Source: Macrostomum lignano (taxonomy: Eukaryota). Taken from it: a stretch of 40,199 bases of DNA. Numbering within the stretch: the first letter of the stretch is position 1; each line of letters opens with the position of its first letter. The position numbers and the translations under genes are program-made. The DNA lies in NCBI GenBank assembly GCA_002269645.1, contig NIVC01004632.1, positions 1-40,199 of the forward strand. Reading direction: 5' to 3'. Below the pieces are notes generated by a model. It had not been told where the DNA came from and did no database searches. It saw nothing but the letters and a program-made list of their open reading frames with translations. Positions 14,436-24,330 of the stretch are shown in pieces.

Positions 14436-15311
14436 TCACTTGCACCAAACGCAGGCGCCCAGGCCGCCTCCGTTGCTGCCGCCGCCTCCGTTCGCCCGAC
14501 TAAACCGCCTCGAATCTCTCCGCCCCGACGCCGATCCCGCCGGCGCTGTTCGATCCTCGTCACCGCCATCATCGTCGCCATCGTCGAGACCATCGGCAGA
14601 CAGCGAGTCCAGTTCCAGACTATGCTGCACCGTCCAGTGCGCCACGCTGACAGCCGACTGCAGCTGCTCAACAAGCCCACGAGCCGAAGCGGTCTCGCGA
14701 CGGAGCTCCGCCAGAGCCTCCTCAACGTTGGTCGATGCAGCTTCCTCGACGGACGCTGCAGCGGTTGTCGAAGCGGCCGCCGACGAGGGACCCGAAGCGT
14801 CGGCGTCCGGATTGGCTAGCGACGCCCGCGACACGGAGCCGCGGCGTGACGATCTGAGGGAGCTGGCCCGGCTGCCGCCGCCAACGCTGCCGCCGCCGCC
14901 CAGCCCGAAGATGGACCTGCGGCCGGTGCGGAAGGCCTCGGTGACGCCTGTCAGCACCGGCGGCTGACCCGGCCGAGCTCTGGCCACCAGAGCGGCTGTC
15001 CGGTCGGCATTGTCTATGGCGGACTCGGCCGTCTGCACCAGGGTGGCGTAGCGGGCCTCCCAGTCCCGCCTGGCTGGGCTGCCATCGTCCGCAGTGTGCA
15101 GCATGACGGGCAGGATGGCATCGCGGGCGGTGTACAGCCCAGCTAGCAGGCGGTCCAGCAGCACCGATTGAAGCTCGTCGCGAAGTCGCCGACCGTCCAC
15201 CTGGGTGCCGAGCTGGCGAAGCAGCAGTTTGCACTGGGCGAGGCAGCGGTTCAACGAGCGGAGATCTGCGCTGAACTGCTCGACGGTGGCGATGGGGCTG
15301 ACGGAGGCCAT
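14436..15311 (-). CDS. RGS9BP: RGS9-binding protein (R9AP)/R7BP-like syntaxin-related RGS anchor, 291 aa, single coding exon
   Basis: N-terminal LRQLGTQVDGRRLRDELQS (syntaxin Habc-like), PPVLTGV, and LAELRRETASARGLVEQLQSAVSVAHWTVQ, versus recalled R9AP PLVRTGV and LRELEREVLQVGEMIDNMEMKVNVPRWTVQ. The ATG at 15311 follows an acceptor AG at 15337-15336. Confidence 0.75.
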   Translation of the reverse strand: MASVSPIATVEQFSADLRSLNRCLAQCKLLLRQLGTQVDGRRLRDELQSVLLDRLLAGLYTARDAILPVMLHTADDGSPARRDWEARYATLVQTAESAIDNADRTAALVARARPGQPPVLTGVTEAFRTGRRSIFGLGGGGSVGGGSRASSLRSSRRGSVSRASLANPDADASGPSSAAASTTAAASVEEAASTNVEEALAELRRETASARGLVEQLQSAVSVAHWTVQHSLELDSLSADGLDDGDDDGGDEDRTAPAGSASGRRDSRRFSRANGGGGSNGGGLGACVWCK

Positions 15312-15574
15312 GGGAGCGGCTCCGGCTGACTCTGGCTGCAATATCGTTAATTATTGTTAATTAAGCTTAAAATCAACATTGAGTGCGAAAAAAGCAACGC
15401 GTTTCAACTCACTAGGGCCGTCGTCAGGGTATACGAGCTATTCTATCGATCAGACACAAAACAGTCCAATGTGTCAAATACAAAGAGGGGAAGGAACGAA
15501 AGTATGGAAGAGCATTAAAAGTGAGGGAGCATGAAGGAGGGAAATCTAAAATGTACACACAACAAAAGGCCCGA

Positions 15575-15890
15575 TCCGATGTATGCCTGTGTAGTTCCTG
15601 GGCCGCGTTTGATGAAGAGATGAGCAGCTTGACTAGGATTTTCAGCATGAACGGATGCCCTAAAGATCTCATTAGTCGTTTGATTAGCAAGTTTGTTACT
15701 GATAGTCACTGGCAGGGTGCATAAGAATCATGGCGAAAGGCCGAATGACCCTGTGATGGTCTTGCCTTTCTACGGTGTCCCTCCTAACCTGTTGAAAAAG
15801 AAACTTTGGAGATCTTTTCGAAAATGGTGCAACACTGCGATTAGGATTTGTTTTCACACAGTCAAGGTTGGTCAATTTGTCAGCAAACTC
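15575..15890 (+). mobile_element. Penelope-like retroelement fragment (RT thumb/linker, frameshifted)
   Basis: LCSSWAAFDEEMSSLTRIFSMNGCPKDLISRLISKF followed by VMVLPFYG..KKKLW..IRICFHTVKVGQF resembles the PLE region C-terminal to the RT core. Confidence 0.7.
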
Positions 15891-15999
15891 GCCGCTTTTA
15901 ATGCTCTGGTCTTTAAGCTATGTTCACCTAGTGGGTTTTTTCGCTGTCAATGTTGACTTTAAGCTTGTCCTCACTTTGGCGACAAATACAGAATCTGGA

Positions 16000-16300
16000 T
16001 GTTTGTCTCCATGGCAACAACAATCTCAATATGCTTGTCTACATGGAAACAAGATTTTCAATATGCTTGTCTCCATGGCATAAACAATCCCAATATGCTT
16101 GTCTCCATGGCAAAAACAATCTCATTATGCTTGTTTCTATGGCAACAACAATCTCAATATGCTTGTCTCCATGGCATAAACAATCCCAATATGCTTGTCT
16201 CCATGGCAAAAACAATCTCATTATGCCTGTTTCTATGGCAACAACAATCTCAATATGCTTGTAGCAATGGCAATAACTGTCTTAAAGTTTCCATGCAAAC
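16000..16300. repeat. 32 bp minisatellite ATGCTTGTCTCCATGGCAACAACAATCTCAAT whose unit contains an RFX X-box
   Basis: About 9-10 copies in the putative first intron of the R9AP-like gene. Confidence 0.9.
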
Positions 16301-16381
16301 TAAATGTTTTTGTTCACACGCATGCAAACAATTATTAATATTGTGTTTATGCTACTAAAAAAATTATCTAAGTAAACTTAC

Positions 16382-16520
16382 GCTGCCGCTTTTTAACTGA
16401 AAATTCAACTTGTCAGGTCACGCAGACCAAAGCCCAGTTGGGATTTGGCTGGCTTCGGGTCTGAGAGAAATCGGGGAAGAAAGCCAAGCGCCGTCTCGTA
16501 GATAAAGTAAAGCGCCTTAG
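16382..16520 (-). other. Putative non-coding first exon of the R9AP-like gene (5' end approximate)
   Basis: Minus-strand donor GGCAGC|GTAAGT at 16381-16376, just downstream of the X-box; no in-frame ATG. Confidence 0.45.
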
Positions 16521-16541
16521 TCTGCTCCCCAAGCTCTGCTA

Positions 16542-16555
16542 GTTGCCATGACAAC
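16542..16555. promoter_or_regulatory. RFX X-box GTTGCCATGACAAC
   Basis: Exact match to the consensus GTHNYYATRRNAAC in unique GC-rich sequence upstream of the R9AP-like gene. Confidence 0.65.
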
Positions 16556-16948
16556 GCTTTCTTCTCGCCCTATTCGAAGGCCGAATGGCCAAATCGCCTG
16601 CGGGGAGAAAAAAGGGGAGAGGGGAAACAGCAGCGCCAGGCAGGCAGGTGAGAGAAAGTGCATCCTGCGTGGTATTTGATTAGCAGCACAGATATTCTGC
16701 GGCTGACTGACTCTCCGTCTCTTCGCACTTCCTCAGCCCAGCTTCCCCTGTGGAATTGGCTTGTCATCGCTCAGAGTCGAAATTTGAGGAACTTCTGTCT
16801 TAAAAAAACTGACATTTGTCTGAACTCTTGAGATCAAGGATGGAGCAATGTAGTGTTGCAAGCACTTTGGAAACTGTTCATTCCTGTTGATTGATTTTTA
16901 GTCAGGCCGAAAAACTAGACAGGGGAAATCAGTCAATAACCAGGAAGG

Positions 16949-17123
<175 letters not shown>

Positions 17124-17426
17124 TTTCTACCGTGGCGCACAATGAATTAAGAACACCAAGTAAAATTATTATGTTTGCCATACTGGTCTTTAAGCTAAAT
17201 TCAAGAACTACATTTAAAGTAAAACTTATTTGATTTATCTGAATATTGCTTTATGTTATTTGTATAGCATTTTGGTTCAATGTCCAGCAGTTTTTAATAA
17301 AAAAACTGATGCGAGTATTTGAATGGGAAGTATAGCTTTAGGTCTAACATTGAAATAAGACCATAGATAAATACTAGGGAAATAAGTAGAGCAGTAGGCA
17401 CTGATATCCAACGAACTACTCTAATA

Positions 17427-19352
17427 TAGCTTTTTGCAGCCCATTTGGGCTTACACGCATTGAATTTAATCCAAGATATATTTGCTAAAGCAATTGAGCT
17501 GTTGTCTATGGTCGCAAGGTCTGACACTGCAGCATTTAATTTGGTCTAATAAGCATCAATTTGGGCTATAGCGGCTGTGAAACCCAATAACGAGTTACAG
17601 CTGTGTAATGCAATTTATTTGAGGAAACGTCACTGTACCAACACCAGGAAACGTAAAAAATGGAAATCTGATCAGCTCTAACAAGAACAAAAAGAGCATT
17701 TTAGCATGGTCAAGACTCCGCTGAGGAAGATGAAAAAAACGTGTTCAATTGAAATTTTCTCCTGCAATGCAAGCTGGCACGAAGCGCAGCATCTGCCGGT
17801 ACCAACCTGCACACTTTAAAGGTGTGATAGCGGCTGTAGCGGCCTCGGCAATGCGGTGAAGTACCAGTACTCTCCATTGACCAAGGGTGGTGTCAGGAGG
17901 CGGCTGATCAAGCTCTCGTTGGGTGGCCGGGTCACTGAGCTCCCGGTGGCAGTGGAGAGTGGAGAGAGTGGATAGTGGAGAGTATGGTGGCAACTGGATG
18001 AGTTGGATCCTGTCCTGATATACTTCCGGAATCCGGGCTCCATTATGAAACCGCGCACCATCCATAATGATGCGAACCTGTTGTTGGGCATCCAGTCCAT
18101 GAACTTCGAGTAGAGACTGCACCAGTTCATTGATGCACTGCTGAAACAGATCTCCGGTCATAGTCTGGCTCACAACTTTGTGGCAGACAAGTCCAATGGA
18201 TGGTGAAATCGCTTGCAGTACATTCACTTGATGGCCTCGCTGAGAATGAACGGTGCGCCGTACACGCTGACCGCGGCGACCACAACCTTGCGTCCTCCGA
18301 GTCCAAATGTTGAATCCAGTCTCGTCCAGATACATTAGATGAACCTCAAGAGCCGTTAGCCATTCGGCAAACTCCCGCCTTCTCGCAACCGTCTGCGGGC
18401 TGTTGCGTACCACTGGAATGTCTGCGTCTCTACCAAGAATTTTCAGTGTTATCAGTCGCTTTTCCAGAGCTCTGCTGATAGTCGAAATGCTGACAACCAA
18501 GTGAAACTGTTCGTCCAACTTCTGCTTCATTTGCTGCAACGTCAACAGAGGGTTTGTCTCAATTGCATCAAGTAGCAGTTGGACCTGAGGCTCTTGCAAC
18601 TTGCTTTGGCGATTGCCGCCCCTTCGTAGACGATCTCTTCTGCCAGTGGTTTCTACGCGCTGACGGATGCTGTACACTGTCTTTTCTTTGACGTTCAGCA
18701 TCCTATCAATGTCCTTTGGGTGCTCACCTCTGTCGAGTGCTTCGATCACAAGCCCATGGCGTTCGTTCGACAGTCTAGCATACGGTCCACGATTCTGAGG
18801 CAGATCTTGCTCCTCCTCCGCAGTAACAAATGAAGCATTGTATAGCAATTTGACGATCATTATTTGTAGTTTTTATGCGTTACAATTCATTGTTTGTTTG
18901 CCATTCGGCATTGAACCTAGTCTTGTCTATGGTAATCCTCAATGCTAATGTCGTCAAATAGGCTAGAGAGAAGGGTATGAATACACTCTACCATAGCATA
19001 CGATTTGATCGTCCAATAGCGATACAATGAAAAGAATCAGCGGTCCCAGTGCGTGACAACGATTTGTCTATGGCTCGCGCCTACCGGCGCTCGCCAGACA
19101 ATCGTTGTCACGCACTGGGACCGCTGATTATTTATCCATTGCTTCCATCATCACTGCTTGTATCGGTCATGGCTAAATTAAAATCTAGGGTTGAAACTAT
19201 AGAGCCGCTATGGACCAAATTGATGCTTATTAGACCAAATTAAATGCTGCAGTGTCAGTCCTTGCGACCATAGACAACAGATCAATTGCTTTAGCAAATA
19301 TATCTTGGATTAAATTCTATGCGTGTAAGCCCAAATGGGCTGCAAAAAGCTA
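17427..19352 (-). mobile_element. Nested ITm (IS630/Tc1/mariner) transposon with ~150 bp TIRs and TA target duplication
   Basis: 17427-17575 and ~19203-19352 are near-identical inverted repeats (TAGCTTTTTGCAGCCCATTTGGG...); TA at 17425-26 and 19353-54. Confidence 0.92.
17745..18860 (-). CDS. IS630/Tc1-like DDE transposase, 371 aa, apparently lacking the third catalytic residue
   Basis: HTH-like N-terminus, YLDETGFN, IIMDGARFHN, LPPYSP; the usual NPIE motif after PYSP is absent. Confidence 0.88.
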   Translation of the reverse strand: MIVKLLYNASFVTAEEEQDLPQNRGPYARLSNERHGLVIEALDRGEHPKDIDRMLNVKEKTVYSIRQRVETTGRRDRLRRGGNRQSKLQEPQVQLLLDAIETNPLLTLQQMKQKLDEQFHLVVSISTISRALEKRLITLKILGRDADIPVVRNSPQTVARRREFAEWLTALEVHLMYLDETGFNIWTRRTQGCGRRGQRVRRTVHSQRGHQVNVLQAISPSIGLVCHKVVSQTMTGDLFQQCINELVQSLLEVHGLDAQQQVRIIMDGARFHNGARIPEVYQDRIQLIQLPPYSPLSTLSTLHCHRELSDPATQRELDQPPPDTTLGQWRVLVLHRIAEAATAAITPLKCAGWYRQMLRFVPACIAGENFN

Positions 19353-19354
19353 TA

Positions 19355-20372
19355 CTTCGTAGCATGGTCTTTTGACTTAACCACAGCATTGCACCGCCTA
19401 GGCATGCTGTCCACCAGCTTCTGGCACACTTCTGCCAGCTCACGAGTCCTCAATGATACATTGATACAGTACAGCTGATCAAGGGAAGCTGGCTGCTGCT
19501 TCTGGATGTCTCACTCGACCCAGTTCCACAGATTCTCGATCGTATTGAGGTCTGGTGACTGTGCTGACCAGTCCATGGTACGGATGTTGTTCTCAGCAAG
19601 ACATGCCTTCACAAACTTGGAGATGTGCTTCGGGATCGTTGTCCTGCTGAAACTGGCAGCTGTGCACTGCACCCAGTGGCAGCGCATCTGCTGCCTCTGG
19701 TAGGTGGCTGCTGAGGATGTCACGGTACTTCTGACTGTCCATGATGCCCTCAATGCGAGTTATTGGCCCAGGTCCAGCACTGGAGAATGCAGCCCACACC
19801 ATGACATTGCCACCTCCATGCTTCATGGTACCAAAGGTGCACCTGGGATCGAATTCCTCACCAGCTCGGCGGCGCACATACTGGCGGCCATCAGAATCAG
19901 TGCGGGAAAATTTGCTCTCGTCACTCCAGATGACCTTGGCCCAGTCCTGGGGGTGTCCAGCTTGCATGCTGCTTCGCCCAGTTCAAGCGCTGCTTCCGGT
20001 TTTTGTCGGAGATAAATGGCTTCTTCCTAGCAATGCGGCCGTGCAGTCCGGCAGCTACCAAACCGTGGCGGAAAGTCATGGGGTGCAGCTGGACACCAAA
20101 AGTTCACGGCTGATGTCCACAGCGGTGAGCCGACGGTTGGACTCGGGCATTCGCACGATGCGGCGATCCAGTCGGAGGTCAGCTTTCGGTGCCCTGCCAG
20201 GTCTTGGGGCACAGCCTGTGCTGCCAGTGCTGCTGAAACGCCTGTGTGCTTGCTGGACGCAGGTTTTCAACTTCCTCAGCTGCGTGGCTATGGCACGCTG
20301 GGAAACTCCTTGGTCGAACAGGGCCTTGATTTTCCTACACGACTCAGGCGATAGAGCTCTGCCTTTCCCTAT
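19355..20372 (-). pseudogene. Tc1 transposase pseudogene of the outer element
   Basis: (ATA)GKGRALS..RPGRAPK..ARKKPFIS..VIWSDESKF..KHGGGNVMVWAAF..FQQDNDP..SPDLNTIENLW..SMPRRC..TKY; start codon mutated and several frameshifts. Confidence 0.92.
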
Positions 20373-20934
20373 TCTAGGAGAGTTCGAGATAATTTTTCTT
20401 TGAGTAATATTGAATTAGATGTTTTGGACTAACAGAATCAGCAGGGCCACTTTTAAGGCACCTTTTAGACCAATTAATTAAGTGGTCTTATTACTGTGTG
20501 ACTTATTAAATTCGAAAGTGAGACAAGGGACTACAATTAAACACACTCAATTGCGAGTAATTATCCAACACATCACTGATTTAATTAATTGATAACAGGG
20601 TTATCTATAGCTGAATAGATAAAAATGCTCCCACAATCTGTGTAGGATATGCAATCAAAATTTCGAATTAATTTTAGGTGGTCTTAATTCATTGTGCGCC
20701 ACTGTGTCTAAACATATTCCGCGGTAAAAAATTTTCAGGACCGCCGCTTACCTACCTACTGAAAGTAATATTTCTAAGGACTTGACTCGCAAAGCCATCA
20801 GTGGTTTTTCATGTTCCCTATGATAAATGTTGATGAAAGTATCACAAGAATGTTATTTGCTTTCCTCAGGGCGTTACACTCGCTACTTATAGGAATCAGG
20901 TTACAGAAGACAAAAAAGGAGACAAAAGTCATTC

Positions 20935-21222
<288 letters not shown>

Positions 21223-21311
21223 AGTTCAGCAGGACAATGTGGCACATGCAGTTCCGCTATCCAGTCAGGTTCCAGTGCTACGAAAGCGGTTACTGAGATT
21301 CCAAACCAGCG

Positions 21312-21557
21312 CAACTGGCAGCCCAGGTGAAGAGCATCCTCTCTGTAATTGCGTCTCTAACTGATCCACCCCCGTGTCTCTCAGGTGCATTTTCCTCGCT
21401 TTGAGTGCGTATTGGTGCTTCAGCTGCCACCTGAGTGCCCAGGTGGTATTGCTGCTATTCGTCGGTGAAAAAGATTTCAAAGGAAACCGCGTAGGCAGAT
21501 GAAAAGAGAACTACAGAAAAAAAATTCCAGCATCGTTTACATTTTGCACGCCACCTG
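21312..21557. promoter_or_regulatory. E-box cluster upstream of the neuropeptide gene
   Basis: CAGGTG/CACCTG at 21324, 21382, 21428, 21440, 21552, plus CAGCTG 21421, CAGATG 21496, CAACTG 21312. Confidence 0.55.
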
Positions 21558-21641
21558 AGACACCGCAAAATTTCTTTGATTTCTATAATACAGAACCGAT
21601 ACTAACAGAGCTGTGGTTCTAGGCCCTTTGATCTGCTTGTC

Positions 21642-21676
21642 TATAAAGGCAACAACTCGGAGCGAGAATTTCATTC
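21642..21676 (+). promoter_or_regulatory. TATA box plus initiator of the neuropeptide gene
   Basis: TATAAA at 21642-47 and TCATTC at 21671-76 (A 31 nt after the first T), 85 nt before the ATG. Confidence 0.7.
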
Positions 21677-21757
21677 GCCCAGACTCCCTACTCTCTCTTG
21701 TTGTCTTCTCAATAACTGGACAGAGTTTTTCTGTATCAACTGCAAATAGCACTCGAG

Positions 21758-22629
21758 ATGAGCAGCATTGGCTGGGCGTTCGCTCTGCTCTGTCTGGCAA
21801 CGGTGCTTTCGGCTCTGCCAGCTGGCCGCTATGAGAATCTGGAACTGACGGTGAGAGGTCCAAGATTAGTTTAACAATCGCCAAGATCAGTTTAACAATC
21901 GCCAAGATTAGTTTAACAATCGCGAAGATTGGTTTAACAATCGCCTAGATTAGTTTAACAATCGTGAAGATTAGTTTAACAATCGCCAAGATTAGTTTAA
22001 CAATCGCCTAGATCAGTTTAACAATCTCCAAGATTGGCTTGACAATCTCCAAGATTAGTTTAACAATCGCCTAGATTAGTTTAACAATCGCCTAGATTAG
22101 TTTAACAATCGCCTAGATTAGTTTAACAATCGCCTAGATTAGTTTAACAATCGTGAAGATTGGTTTAACAATCGCCAAGATTAGTTTAACAATCACCAAG
22201 ATTAGTTTAACAATCGCCTAGATTGAGTTTAACAATCACCAAGATTAGTTTAACAATCGCCTAGATTGAGTTTAACAATCGCCTAGATTGAGTTTAACAA
22301 TCGCCAAGAGTAGTTTAACAATCGCCTAGATTGAGTTTAACAATCGCCAAGATTAGTTTAACAGTCGTCAAGATTGGTTTAACAGTCTTTAAAACTAGTT
22401 TTGCAATGGTTTAGCAATTCTGTGATATTTTTTGCAATAATTTCAGCTGACCGACGTGAAGCACGAGCTGAAGTATGCCGAGGCTACTCATAACCTGCCA
22501 AAAGGAATCCTGCAGAAGTTGATCCCGTCAGTCGTGCTGACATCGACTGGCCTCGACAAGAGAGGCGGGCGTCGGTACAGCCTTTGCTGGGGGGTGTACC
22601 ACCCGGTGGCCTGCATCGGTGTACAGTAA
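21758..22629 (+). CDS. Secreted neuropeptide precursor, 91 aa, join(21758..21850,22447..22629); predicted cyclic peptide (GGRR)YSLCWGVYHPVACIGVQ
   Basis: Signal peptide MSSIGWAFALLCLATVLSA; phase-0 intron GTGAGA...TTTCAG; KR and RR convertase sites before a C-terminal two-Cys peptide. Confidence 0.88.
21860..22390. repeat. 21-22 bp minisatellite CAAGATTAGTTTAACAATCGC in the neuropeptide intron
   Basis: About 24 copies starting ~10 nt after the donor. Confidence 0.95.
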
Positions 22630-22731
22630 GCTGTACACTCATTTCGTCAAAAGACAATCGACAGCAGTTTAAGCTGTCTCGATTTAAAAAGAAACACTTT
22701 AACCCTTAAAATCCACAGGTATTTTAATATT

Positions 22732-22950
22732 GTGACCATGGACAACTGACGTACAAAGGACGCTTTACTAGGTTTTAGAAATGAGGTGGAGCCAGTAAGG
22801 AACGTATGTTTATCGTATCGCCATTGAATTCAGCAGTTTTACCATAGACTAAATCAGTTTGAGAAAAAGCAGATTCGTAATGCCCTACCATCTATGCCTC
22901 CAACATGTAGGTTTAGAGTCCTTCCTTTTACTGCAGTTGTCCATGGTCGC
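22732..22950. mobile_element. MITE-like element, ~220 bp
   Basis: Inverted ends GTGACCATGGACAACTG / CAGTTGTCCATGGTCGC; a related copy lies at ~13254-13390; no clear TSD. Confidence 0.6.
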
Positions 22951-23664
22951 GATCGGCTATTTTTAGAACTATTTAGAATAGAAAGCACTCTGGTCTCTGT
23001 CAGCCCAATACACGAGGTAATAAATATATAACTTTATATTAACACCTCCCTGCATAAACTTTATTCCAATCTATATTTGATTACCTGATTAATATAACCA
23101 AGAACAAAGTTCAGAGAAACTATGATAAGCTATCCTATACTATACCTGCACACAGAACTCGTAAAATATAAATATATATACTGAAGCAGTAGGTTCTCCT
23201 CTAACTGTTGTGATTTAGCAGTCCCAGGCATTCATAAATCAAAAAGCATCGTGACTGTGACGAGTTCGTTATTTCTGGCAGTTGATTAGATTATTGTTTT
23301 GTTTTATTCTTACCCTTGACGCCAAGGTCAAATCCGGTGACAATCATCGACAGTGACAGGCCAGATACGCAGCAAGCGCATACCATGAGTCTTAGTCAGG
23401 AACTACATGTAGTAGCAGTCTGTAGAGTTTGTAAATAATTTTTTTTAATAAACTGCATGTAGCTTTCGACCTTGTAACAGTGTCTATTGCCAGTTTTTTT
23501 AGGAAAACGATGCTTAAAATAAAAAAGCACCAAGCGCTGAAAGCCTGCTATCTAGCCTAAGACATCAGCACCCCTGTGAGCCTTGGCATCAAAACCTCCC
23601 TTTAAGGCTAAGCCATGGCTTAATACTAGCTTTTTATTTTATGCTTACCAGCAACTCCCAATCG

Positions 23665-24330
23665 ACCCTTGACATCTCAGCAATTCCCCCCGTGAGCCTG
23701 GCATCTCAGCAATTTCCCCCGTGAGCATTGACATCTCAGCAATTCCCCTCGTGAGCCTGGCATCTCAGAAATTCCCCTCGTGAGCCTGGCATCTCAGCAA
23801 TTCCACTCGTGAGCCTGGCATCTCAGCAATTCCCCCCGTGAGCCTGGCATCTCAGCAATTCCCCTCGTGAGCCTGGCATCTCAGCAATTCCCCTCGTGAG
23901 CCTGGCATCTCAGAAATTCCCCTCGTGAGCCTGGCATCTCAGCAATTCCCCTCGTGAGCCTGGCATCTCAGCAATTCCCCTCGTGAGCCTGGCATCTCAG
24001 CAATTCCCCTCGTGAGCCTGGCATCTCAGCAATTCCCCTCGTGAGCCTGGCATCTCAGCAATTCCCCTCGTGAGCCTGGCATCTCAGCAATTCCCCCCGT
24101 GAGCATTGACATCTCAGCAATTCCCCCCGTGAGCACTGGCATCTCAGCAATTCCCCCCGTGAGCATTGGCATCTCAGCAATTCCCCCCGTGAGCATTGAC
24201 ATCTCAGAAATTCCCCCGTGAGCATTGACATCTCAGCAATTCCCCCCGTGAGCATTGACATCTCAGCAATTCCCCCCGTGAGCACTGGCATCTCAGCAAT
24301 TCCCCCCGTGAGCATTGGCATCTCAGCAAG
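23665..24330. repeat. 29-30 bp minisatellite GCATCTCAGCAATTCCCCYCGTGAGC(CTG/ATTG)
   Basis: About 22 copies in two subtypes. Confidence 0.96.

Larger units (their letters stand above)
17130..20704 (-). mobile_element. Tc1-family DNA transposon (outer, decayed) carrying a nested element
   Basis: ~28 bp TIRs C(C/A)GTGGCGCACAATGAATTAAGA(A/C)CACC; left flank TA, right flank TG; internal transposase pseudogene. Confidence 0.9.

Noticed and set aside
13672-14967. Antisense and overlapping ORFs over the R9AP-like gene, transposases and WNK (e.g. 19741-20403 +, 38963-39391 -)
   Set aside because: Expected shadow ORFs of GC-rich coding sequence
15312-15340. SL trans-splicing with an in-frame leader AUG for the R9AP-like gene
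   Set aside because: A good cis donor (GTAAGT, 16381) and an X-box promoter upstream explain the acceptor more simply
15420-16000. Hammerhead ribozyme associated with the Penelope-like fragment
   Set aside because: No CTGANGA...GAAA core with flanking stems seen
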